Of a stretch of 64,000 nt of DNA, positions 49,897 through 59,657 are shown piece after piece. The position numbers and the translations under genes are program-made. The stretch covers positions 269,426-333,425 of the forward strand of contig NIVC01000716.1 in the NCBI GenBank assembly GCA_002269645.1. Direction: 5' to 3'. The stretch comes from Macrostomum lignano (taxonomy: Eukaryota). Position 1 is the stretch's first letter, and each line of letters begins with the position of its first letter. A model generated the notes under the pieces. That model was not told where the DNA came from and did no database searches. It saw only the letters and a program-made list of their open reading frames with translations.

Positions 49897-50417
49897 AGTA
49901 GTAGTATGTTATAAGGGGTTGCGCCACACTTTATTGCTCGGGCGCATTGCGCGCCAGCTCGCTGGATGACTCAACCCCTTATAACATACTACTACTACCA
50001 GGAGGTCATGGGTTCATGTGGGGTGTGATAAATATAAAAATATATAAATATACATATATCTGTGACTGAGGGTGTTGAGGGTGAGGGCATGTGGGGGCAT
50101 TGGCCTGTGGTATATTTCTCAGAACACCGATTTTTCAGAATTTTTATACTTTTAAAAAGGGGGGTGCCCTCGCCCTCATGCCCTCACTCATTTTGAAAAT
50201 CACTAAAAATAAGTGAAAAATGACTAAAACAGGTGAAAATGGTCTGAAAACAGCGATTTTTGTGATTTTCAAAAATTTTGAAAAAGTGCAATTTTCACGA
50301 TTCCAGCTCTAAAACCATAAGAAAAGTTGGATCCTCGGGTCAATTTAATGCAATTTCAGGTATATACAATATGAAAGTGTCATCTAATTTAACGATAGTA
50401 AATTTTATATATATAAA

Positions 50418-52640
50418 ATGGCCTTCAGTAAACCATTATTTCTAGGAAATGCTTTAGATATTCAGTCAGCTATAACAAAACTACCACCCATCTTCGCCAC
50501 TTGAAAATATCCTGGCGAATTTCATATTCCAGGGTATTCTTTTGCAGGTTACGTAGTGGCCTGAGTGAGGAAGTCAATGTCCTTGCTAGTCATCAAATAA
50601 GCACTTGTTAACTTTTCTAAAGTAAAAATGGAGCAAACAATTCGAAAAATCCTTCTGAAACCAATTGATGATAAGGTTGGGCATGATCAAATTCTTCATG
50701 ATCTTTTTCAAGAAGAGTTAATAATTTCACACAAGATTAAAGTTATTCAAATGAGACTAGGCAGACTATATGAAATTTTGGATTCGAGAAGGTAAAAAAG
50801 ATAGACCTGGTTCACGTTGAGCGAAAGATTGCATTAGAGCTTAAATCTTCTGATAACACGGACAATTCATCAAGTCGTGAAAGGAATTATCAGAAACTAT
50901 TAGACTATAAAAATTCTTATCCCACCTATCAGTTGTATTATGTATGCATCAATAATACTACAAAGGAACCTAAGAATATTTTACTAGACAATGGAATCAC
51001 CCTTATAACAGGAGAATTTGCATTGAAATTTCTTTATGGTGATCAATACAAAAAAATTATAACCAACATTAAACAAGTGCTTAGTGATTGGCGACACCTT
51101 CAAATTGCGGGAACTCCGTCCGATTCTAGTACGTCAATAACAGCCTCAAGTACCACTTCAGTTGAGAAATCTTCTGAAGGAACACAGGTAATTCCTGTTC
51201 CCAATCGGACTTCGTCCGCGAACCTATGGTTCGATGGTAACAAGCTTGAGGACATGGTGGAAATCCGCAGCCAAGCTCCTAAGTCCGAACGAAGTTGACA
51301 AGGATATGGAGAAGGTTCAGAGACTTAATGGGGGTGGGGCTGAAGGATCTGGTCAATCCTGATGAAGCCTTAAGATAAAGTCCAGCCTCTTTCGAAAGAT
51401 TGAGGAACAACTGCCGGGTACAAATTTAGACAAGAGACTCAATCCAATTACAGACCGGCCTCGGTATGACAGTCTACCAATTAACCCAATCGATTGGACT
51501 GCTTACTATCATGACAAAAACTATAGAGATGCTGAAAACACTTCTTCAAATCCAGAGGAAGCTCTAGCAAAGAAGCATATAGCTGATGAAAAAATGATAG
51601 CTGATTTAGATGCTATTCCAACCAGTGACTTGTCTGTGAAAGAGAGACTCATTCGAAATCTAGTAAAGCGTATTATCAAGGCTAAAGTTCGGTTTGGATT
51701 AGGCATTCATACTCACAACCCCAACAATTGTATAGACTGTCTAACAATTTATGGTAAGGGTCTTAGCTATGAAGATGCAGTAAAATTGCATAAAGAATAT
51801 CGAAAGCCAAGAGTATTTAGAAAAATGATTCACTATGCAAAAGACACAATTTGGCATGCAGATATCATTATCCTACCGCCCGAAAGAGGTTACAAATATG
51901 CTCTAACTATCATAGATGGTTTTACACGTTACGCCTGGGCAGTTCCTTTGAAAACAAAGACGGGAGCGGACGTTGCAGAAGCTTTCCAAAAAGTATTTAA
52001 GGAATCAGGAAGACGATCAGAGAGACTTTGTGTAGATGAAGGCAAGGAGTTTTATAATCAGCATATGTACAAGCTATACTCGTTTTCAAAAGACAACATT
52101 AGAAAGAAGGATGAAAGGGGTGAATATATTAACAAGATGTTTTCAATTTATGGCGAGTCCAAGAATGCAATGATTGAGAGGTTCAATCGTACTCTCACAA
52201 ATAAACTCTGGTTTGAATATGATCTACAGGGTAATCAGAAGTGGCTCCACAAATTGCCAGCTATTATTGAAAAATACAACAACACAATCCATTCTGAGAT
52301 TCTGATAACTCCTTCAGAAGCATCTAAACATCCTGAGCGAGTACCAAAGCCAACTTTCGAGTATTCAAATGAGAAACCAAACTTCAAAGTAGGTGACAAA
52401 GTTCATATCTATAGATATAAGGAGCACTTTGAAAAGGGTCGAAGAGGATATTGGAAAATTTCAGAAGTGTTTAGGATAAAGAAAATAGTTTACTCCAATC
52501 CCATAACCTACATTATTGAGGATGAGAATGGAGAAGAAATCATTGGATCATTTTACAAATCCCAGCTTCTACCAGCAAATTTTTCAACTAAAAATGAGCG
52601 CCTATCGAACAAACTGCAAACGGGCGAAAGGTCAGATTGA
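50418..52640 (+). CDS. PLA2-integrase fusion gene interrupted by a group I intron (exons 50418-50549 and 51414-52640; in-frame TGA at 50502)
   Basis: Exon joining gives HIPGYSFAG|PGTNLDKRL...PINPID...YYHD, then in-frame rve core (HADII, VDEGKEF, IERFNRTL). Confidence 0.85.
50550..51413 (+). ncRNA. Group I intron, subgroup IC1-like ribozyme (864 nt)
   Basis: 5' exon ends in U and pairs with IGS GCCUG (50559-63). P AAATTGCGGGAA 51102-13, Q AATCCGCAGC 51262-71, R GTTCAGAGACTTAAT 51315-29, S AAGATAAAGTCC 51372-83. Terminal G at 51413. Confidence 0.93.
50628..51298 (+). pseudogene. Intron-encoded PD-(D/E)XK restriction-endonuclease-like protein (one frameshift at ~50775-50790)
   Basis: QMRLGRLYE...IDLVHVERKIALELKSSDNTDNSSS...YQKL. 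Looped out by an 11-bp stem (50599-609 with 51072-82). Confidence 0.7.
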
Positions 52641-53016
52641 AACGTCTGATTCACAACTACTAGCTGATAAAGAGGGTGAAGGAATTGGTGATATGATCAG
52701 TGGTGTCACAAACTTTTTATCAAATCATGGAAGTAAAATTGTGAGTGGAGCTGATGCAATAGGTAAAACAGCTACCACAGCGAAGAACATATTCGATGCG
52801 AAGAAATCATACAGTGACATGTCTAAAGCAGGTGAGGATCTGGAATATATTAGAAAGAAACGTAGAGATAAAGAAGCAAAGAAAAGAATGGAAGAAGAGC
52901 AACAGATAGCTTCTCAATCAAATAAGGCTATTCAAGATATTGTTAAAAAGGCTCTAGGAACAGCAGAACAGTCTCAAGTGTCTTTGAGACAAGGCAATGG
53001 TTTGAAGAAATTCTGA
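52594..53016 (+). CDS. Small amphipathic virion-type protein
   Basis: GEGIGDMISGVTNFLSNHGSKI; positional and motif homolog of 35507. Confidence 0.6.
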   Translation: MSAYRTNCKRAKGQIETSDSQLLADKEGEGIGDMISGVTNFLSNHGSKIVSGADAIGKTATTAKNIFDAKKSYSDMSKAGEDLEYIRKKRRDKEAKKRMEEEQQIASQSNKAIQDIVKKALGTAEQSQVSLRQGNGLKKF

Positions 53017-53024
53017 CCTTAAAA

Positions 53025-53294
53025 ATGAGCGAGAAAAACACTGAAGCAAGACTCAATCGATATGTTCGAGAGGGAAAACCAAGATATGTTACTGTAAATA
53101 AGCAAAAGAAATATCTTTCTAAAGAGAAGATTCGAAAACTGCAAGAGAAACAGAAAGAACATGAAGGTGGAATAATTCCTCTATTAGGCTTACTACTAGC
53201 AATTTTGGGTGGTATCGGAGCAGCCTCAGGAGTTGGTACAATGATTGCAAAAGTGTTAATACAGCCAACAATGCTAAACATAATAAGACAATAG
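53025..53294 (+). CDS. pX(mu)-like protein, possibly frameshifted near its end
   Basis: Basic N-terminus followed by GGIIPLLGLLLAILGGIGAASG. Confidence 0.55.
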   Translation: MSEKNTEARLNRYVREGKPRYVTVNKQKKYLSKEKIRKLQEKQKEHEGGIIPLLGLLLAILGGIGAASGVGTMIAKVLIQPTMLNIIRQ

Positions 53295-53421
53295 AAGTCG
53301 AACAAGTACCCAGCGAAGCAGTCAAGTGGCTGCTAAAGACGTTTAAAGTTGAAAAGGAGAAACAGGGTAATGGGATAATTCTTAGACCTCATGAAGCTTA
53401 GTTGAAATTTCTCTTATAAAA

Positions 53422-54727
53422 ATGGAGAACAAAAAGAATATACTGAGCATATATGAGGACAAAACTTTTAGCTTTTTCAAAAAGAAAGAAGACTATATTA
53501 AGATTTCTCCAACTCCAGGTAGCACTAATAATCTCAATGTTGCAGGAGGTCAAATAGTTCATGAAGTCAATTCAACAGAGTCATACATTCTCATGTCAGA
53601 GGCATTCGGTTGTATAAAATACTCAATAACACAACGAGATAACACCGACTTGAATACGAACATTACTCTAGAACATAATTGGCCTATGAGACTTTTCTCT
53701 CAACTCATTGTTGACATTGGAGGAACAAAGAAAGTCTATAATGATCCTGGAGAGTATGACACAATCTTAAAGTCCGTAATGTACTCAAAATTAATGAATG
53801 AAGTTGGAGAAGCATACGGATGGATTCCAGACACTGGAGATGCTGGGACTGTTTCTGATATACCTCTAGCAAACAACGCAGATGCTGAAGCTGTGAGAAC
53901 TGCAGCAATCGCTATGAAAAATAGACTCAATAAGAAGGATTCGAATACTGGATACATTAGGAGGCTTGAAAATTATAACAATGTCACTAATGCTCCAAAC
54001 AGAGGTGGAACAATCAAACTATCATTAACACCTCTCATTGGTGTGAAACGATGCTGAAATTTTCTTTGGAGCTGCCGGGACGGAAGCTAAGTTAACTATT
54101 AATAGCTTTGAGATTTGGATCCCTGCTATTACTTTGTCACCCAGTGCTGAAGCAGCTTTTCTAAAATCACTCAACAAGGACATTACAGTATCATTTCCAG
54201 AGAGGGTAACGGTTCCACCACAACTCATTCAAGGAAGTCCATATACATGGAACATAGCCAACATCTCCAATATGCCACTTGCAATCTTTGTAGCTTTCAA
54301 ATATGACGTAAACAACCCATCATATATAGTTAATGATCACAAGTATGTGTCTTACAAAACGGGAGCAAATGCAGTGAAAATAACCCAGCTTCAAGTCAGA
54401 TTAAATCAGGTGATGTATCCGAATGATTATGTTGAAATTGATCCAGTAGCTCAAGACATTCACAGAGCGTATGAAATGTACGAAGACATCTGCAGCCGTT
54501 TCGGTGTAACTCCTCCATTCAATAAACAAGACTTTCTAACCATCTATCCAATCTTTTGCTTTGATCTAACAGCTCAAGATGAGTTTCTGGTCAAGAGTGG
54601 AGTGAATATTCAATTATTTATCAAGAAGTCAACAAATGTTGAGCTGACTGCTTTTGCACTAATTCTTGAACAAACAAAGAATGTAATAAAAGTTACCAGT
54701 GAATATCAAATGACCCGCGTCGAATAA
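53422..54727 (+). pseudogene. Major capsid protein, frameshift/deletion at ~54040
   Basis: KISP..S.NNLN..GQIV, ITLEHNWPMRLFSQ, NDPGEYDTI, YPIFCFDL. Confidence 0.85.
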
Positions 54728-54748
54728 GGTCATTTTTTCTTTTTTTAA

Positions 54749-55522
54749 ATGCCCAAAGTAAAATTTCAGCATGATCCTATTTTCCCTAATCCTCTTTTAT
54801 GTTGTATTATCGGCGCTACAAATACGGGTAAAACATATTTACTATTCCATATTCTTACAAGTCCTGAAAAACTAGTTGACTTTAATGAGTTAGTTTTATA
54901 TGTTCCCAGAGCATCTCAAATGGATCCAGAGTATCAGTTTCTAAAATATGGCTTTGAAAATGGTCTCCCACCTTCTCTTATCAACTCACTCTATCATGTC
55001 TACCAGGTGAGTGAGGATGCATCTCCTGAAGATATTAGACATATTTGTCGAGAGGCAGCCAACCCTGGTCGAGTGCAAAGCACATCAGAAAATTCAGAAG
55101 TAATAGAGAAAATTCCTGTCACTCTTTACCATACTCCAAATGAAGAAATTTTTCATAATGGACTAAAGACATGTGTGATATTGGACGATGTTTTGGGAGA
55201 GGCTAATCAAACATTTCAGGAAAGTCTGTTTCAGAGAGGCAGGCATGGAAACTGTTGTGGTTTTTATCTAGCTCAAAATTTTACCAAACTAGATCGCAAT
55301 ACTGTCAGGGAGAATACGACATGTTACATAATCTTTAAACAAAAAGATACAAACTTGAATCACATTGCTAGAAATATAGAAACGAATTATGAACCCGCTA
55401 TATTCAAGGCTAAATGTAGAGAGGCTTGGAAAAAGAAGTATGGCTATATCTATATAAATACAAGAGCTGATGAGGATGAGCAAGATTTGTATAAGGATGT
55501 TCTAACTAAAATCCCATTGTAA
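54749..55522 (+). CDS. A32/FtsK-like packaging ATPase
   Basis: GATNTGKT, VILDD, RGRHGN. Confidence 0.93.
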   Translation: MPKVKFQHDPIFPNPLLCCIIGATNTGKTYLLFHILTSPEKLVDFNELVLYVPRASQMDPEYQFLKYGFENGLPPSLINSLYHVYQVSEDASPEDIRHICREAANPGRVQSTSENSEVIEKIPVTLYHTPNEEIFHNGLKTCVILDDVLGEANQTFQESLFQRGRHGNCCGFYLAQNFTKLDRNTVRENTTCYIIFKQKDTNLNHIARNIETNYEPAIFKAKCREAWKKKYGYIYINTRADEDEQDLYKDVLTKIPL

Positions 55523-55524
55523 AA

Positions 55525-56255
55525 ATGACTAATGAATATATAAGAGAACTCATTAATTTAGCAAAGCAGCGAGAAACGTACAAATCCAGAAATGATGCTC
55601 AACGCTATTTGAAAATTGGAGAAGAGAGTTTATATGCAAGAGTGGCTCCATTAGCTCAAAAACCTGTCACAGAAAAGCTCGATGAATTTATTGATGTCAA
55701 TGCCAACCTTGTTGATAAACTTCAGAATCAAAAAGTTCCAGTTCCGCAATCAAGTACACCAAAAGGACGATTTGAACCTCTGGAAGTATTTGACAAAATA
55801 ATTGAAGAAATTGGAAAGATTCCAATAACTCAAAGACCAGCGCCTAGTATACGAATTCAAAAAACTGATGCTGGATATATATTTGGATCATCTGTAATAG
55901 ATGTTGAATTCCATGAACAAGGTCGAGACATCATTGTCAACGAATTTCGAATGCCATTTTCTGAAGATCTTGAAGAGTTGTTCAAAATGCCTAAAGTAAC
56001 TGAAAATGGTGAAGAGCTGAAGCAATTCAAGATGCAAACATTGCAGGATTATGTTAACCTCATTGAACATTGTAAAAATCCAGCGGCCAAATCAAGTGGG
56101 ATTATAAGCAAGCAGTAAGGATATTGAAAGATAATCCACCAGGATATCGAGTAAAACCGGGATCTGGACTCAGTGAAAGAGTGTTGACATTACTAGCCGC
56201 AAAAGCAGAGGGACATAACAATGTTGATAAAGAGCTAGCAGAATTACTTGCTTAA
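55525..56255 (+). pseudogene. Homolog of the Gln-rich Polinton protein, frameshift near 56100
   Basis: Shifted tail GSGLSERVLTLLAAKAEGHNNVDKEL matches the C-terminal motif of 21803 and 34345. Confidence 0.6.
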
Positions 56256-56257
56256 AA

Positions 56258-57049
56258 ATGGAAAAAGAAATAGAAAAAGTCAACATCCTCTTGAGTAAAA
56301 AGTTTCAACGCACATTTGACTTCTTTTCAATTAAAAACCCATTTCGACAAACTCTAGGCACTCCTATAAATTTGTATGAAGATCGAGAATACGAAGCTGG
56401 TATAAAAAAGTTTGCAGTCTTTGATGCTATTAACAATATTGAAGGAGGCAATAATGAGTTGCGATACTCGAGGGATAGTGTTAGAACATGGAAAAAGTTA
56501 AAGATTCAAGCAGGGTCATGGGAAGTTAAAAGTCTGTCAAGCGAGATTCAAAGATTGCTAACAGCTGCAAATGATTGGAAAGAGGGGGCTATTGTTTTCA
56601 GTGCAAGCCTAGACACGCGTAGAGTTAAGTTACGGTTAGCCACAGATTATCAAGTTGATTTCAGGGATGCACATTCCAATAACTTTAGAAGACTGTTGGG
56701 ATTCAATTCGGAAGTGTATTTGAAACCATTTGAGAGAGCTCCAAATCCAGCTCGGATAGACGGAGCTAGAAGTGCGATCATGGTTCGTTGTCTAAATATC
56801 AAATGGGGGTTTATCACTGATCCAGCTAATGGAAATCATTTAATTGATAAGCAAATACTTCTTTCAATTCCATCGTTCTCTGTCCCAATGGGAAGTAAAA
56901 TTATTCAAGAGCCCGCAAATCCTGTGTACATACCACTAACTACAAACATGTTGAGCACATTCGACTTTGTCATCGAAGATGAGTCTGGTGTTCTATACGA
57001 CTTTGATGGCGAGGAAATATTTATAAATCTTCACATACGACAAAAATGA
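56258..57049 (+). CDS. Minor capsid (penton) protein
   Basis: LGTPINL, NNIEGGNNELRY, GSWEV, YDFDGEEIFINL. Confidence 0.85.
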   Translation: MEKEIEKVNILLSKKFQRTFDFFSIKNPFRQTLGTPINLYEDREYEAGIKKFAVFDAINNIEGGNNELRYSRDSVRTWKKLKIQAGSWEVKSLSSEIQRLLTAANDWKEGAIVFSASLDTRRVKLRLATDYQVDFRDAHSNNFRRLLGFNSEVYLKPFERAPNPARIDGARSAIMVRCLNIKWGFITDPANGNHLIDKQILLSIPSFSVPMGSKIIQEPANPVYIPLTTNMLSTFDFVIEDESGVLYDFDGEEIFINLHIRQK

Positions 57050-57477
57050 GCGAAGCTGAGACATGGAATGCATTTAAACAAAAGTTTGGGACTGACACTA
57101 CGACTAATATTGATCTGATAAATTGGGCAAAATATCTCAAGTTAAAACCATTTCGCTATGCCATGAGAGATGACATTGTTGACTTACCACAGTATGGTTA
57201 CTTTATGACAAATATTCACACTTCGAAAGAACGGGGTATACATCATTCAGCTATATTTTCAGCTCCTGATAAGGTTTATTTTTTTGATTCCTATGCACTA
57301 CCGCCCACACTGGAAATTATGGAAAAGTTTAATCACACAAAGAATAGAATATGTGGAGACATGGAAGAACAAATTCAAACTTTTGATAAGAAATTTTGTG
57401 GTCAAATGTCGCTGTACTTTTTACACCGAATCGATAAAGGAGATAGCTATAATGAAATTTTGCAGCAATTAAAATGA
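57046..57477 (+). CDS. Adenain-like cysteine protease
   Basis: GIHHSA, YFFDSY, QIQ...KFCG. Confidence 0.9.
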   Translation: MSEAETWNAFKQKFGTDTTTNIDLINWAKYLKLKPFRYAMRDDIVDLPQYGYFMTNIHTSKERGIHHSAIFSAPDKVYFFDSYALPPTLEIMEKFNHTKNRICGDMEEQIQTFDKKFCGQMSLYFLHRIDKGDSYNEILQQLK

Positions 57478-58883
57478 GTTACAAGAATACTGCCAATCAA
57501 TTTGGTTACTCGTCAAATTCAAATGATATAGCACCTGGAATAACAATAGCGTTAGCTGATGATCGATACATCAATGAAAATGAAGGATATAAGAGAGAGG
57601 AAATAGATAATTTATTGTTAGCAAAGAGAAATGTTTCAGACTCTTATTCAAAGGAAGATAGTGACGCAATGAATATCACCATGCTACAATTAATTGACGA
57701 TGCTCATGGGCGCGTAAACAATGTCTACACAAAAACCGAAACTGACACTAAGATGTATTCTAAAACCGAAATTGACACTAAGATGTATTCTAAAACTGAG
57801 ATTGACACTAAGATGTATTCTAAAACTGAGATTGACACTTTGTTAGCAGAAAGGCAAGGTACTGCGGGAGGTACAGAGAGTTCGAAATTAGTCAATATTC
57901 TTTCATTACTGACTTCAAACGCTTCCCATCCTGACATGAAAGTGACCGCTTCTCATAACTCTTCAGCAGCATATCATGTTGCAGATTCAAACCCAGCTTC
58001 AGAATGGAGCAGTGTAGATGACTCAGACAAGTGGATACGAGTTCAATTTCTGAAAAGAGCTAGGAAAGTTGTAGAGATAAAGTTGGAAGGAGAGGTGTGG
58101 CCTGGTTGGTCTGTTAGTGTGAGCCTAAATGGAACAAACTGGACACCTGTTGAACAAAGTGCACCCATTGAACTACGAAGAGGCAATGCACATCTTAGGA
58201 AAAAAATACCTAATCCCTCATATTATTTTCATTATTCTCTTAATTTTTCTGGTTCCGTAAAGCTTACAAAAGTTGAATTACTTGAGAGACAAACAGTGGT
58301 TAATGATTTAGTGTGGCCTATAGATAGACTTCAAGCTGTACCAAAGCTATACGTAGACAATGCACTTGAATCAGTGGAGCTGCGACTAAGGCGGGGACTA
58401 GGTTTCAAATCTTATACAGGATATATTCCCCCACTAGCAACACGTCAAAACTATAGAGAAAGGGGTTTCAATGTAGCGTCATCAGGAGCATTTGAAACGT
58501 CAGATAATTGGGGTTATGTAGTATCTAATTCAGAATGGGCATCGAGGAATGAACCCAATTCTTACATTGAAGTACAACTTCCCGAGTCCATTCGAATTTG
58601 GAAATTCGGGTTAAAAGGAACCAAAGCAGTGGGTAGTGAAATTATAAAAAATCAACCAAAAATTTTTATTCTGAAAGGAAGCAATAACAACAGAGACTTT
58701 AAGAATATTTTTTCTACCGAAAACTCTGGTTTAGTTCCTGGAGTGATGAAGTATTTCGAAGTAGCTTCCACCGAAAAATTCTCTGTTTATAGAGTGCATA
58801 TTAATTCAACCACTGAAGGATCAACTGTTCTTATAGTTTCAGGCTTTCAACTTTATCCGATTTTAGACATAATCGCCACATAA
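57474..58883 (+). CDS. Fibre/spike-like protein with YSKTEID repeats and two discoidin (F5/8-like) domains
   Basis: DDRYIN anchor, 10-aa repeats at 57725-57840, and two ASS...EW.S...WI.V...F.L.GS..G..W-type modules. Confidence 0.65.
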   Translation: MSYKNTANQFGYSSNSNDIAPGITIALADDRYINENEGYKREEIDNLLLAKRNVSDSYSKEDSDAMNITMLQLIDDAHGRVNNVYTKTETDTKMYSKTEIDTKMYSKTEIDTKMYSKTEIDTLLAERQGTAGGTESSKLVNILSLLTSNASHPDMKVTASHNSSAAYHVADSNPASEWSSVDDSDKWIRVQFLKRARKVVEIKLEGEVWPGWSVSVSLNGTNWTPVEQSAPIELRRGNAHLRKKIPNPSYYFHYSLNFSGSVKLTKVELLERQTVVNDLVWPIDRLQAVPKLYVDNALESVELRLRRGLGFKSYTGYIPPLATRQNYRERGFNVASSGAFETSDNWGYVVSNSEWASRNEPNSYIEVQLPESIRIWKFGLKGTKAVGSEIIKNQPKIFILKGSNNNRDFKNIFSTENSGLVPGVMKYFEVASTEKFSVYRVHINSTTEGSTVLIVSGFQLYPILDIIAT

Positions 58884-58884
58884 A

Positions 58885-59655
58885 AATGAATGAAAAAATG
58901 AACACATCTATCCTGTGGTTGAGCTGCATGAAGCAGATTTGAGGGAGCGGGACTATTTCAATCAGAGAAAGGGTGAAATCAAAGGCAGTATTGAATGCAT
59001 TACTAAAGATCTTACAATTTATAGCAAAAAAGTAAACAAGTACAAACGACAAAATAGCAGGATAAATTGGATCAACATTGTGACAGGAAATGTAAGTCTC
59101 TTGGCTGCTACAGGAATTGGCATAGCAACATCGATACTGACATTGAATCCCTTAGTTATTGGAGTAGTAATCGGGGCAATGAGTGGTTTTGAAGCTGTAA
59201 AATCCACGTCGTTGTTTGCAACTGTGAAAATTCATTGCCAAAAGCAGAAGGCAAAATACATTTTTCTCAGAGATCTGGCAAATCAATACAGAGAGAGATT
59301 GAGATTGTATATTTACTCCCAAAAAGCAGTTGATGATTATAGATTAACTCTTGAAGAGGTTCAAGCAGCTGCTGCAATTTATTCAGAATACAGAGAGAAA
59401 AGAGACCAATTGTTAGACGCCTGTGTTGCGCCTGAAGAAGTTAACCATTCGGAAGTCGTTGATAAAATCCTCAAAGAGAGTAGACTTGGTAATTCAGCGA
59501 AGGAAAAAATTAAAAAGGAACTTCTGGAGAAAGATCTGAGAGAAAAATTAGGTCTAGCTGATAAGCCAAAAGAGTACTCGGCAACACTCAATCTTCAATC
59601 AAATGCTCCAAGTGCACCCCCCCTATGCTTGAGTCTGTTTAATTTTTTTTCTTAA
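58885..59655 (+). CDS. Conserved membrane-hairpin protein
   Basis: Basic helix, two hydrophobic helices, AVDDYRLTLEE; homolog of 37673. Confidence 0.65.
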
Positions 59656-59657
59656 AA

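Noticed and set aside
50548-51413. Spliceosomal explanation for the PLA2 interruption (GCAG|GTTACG looks donor-like)
   Set aside because: No AG acceptor restores the GPGT frame; the insert ends ...AACTG, and the complete group I core explains it.
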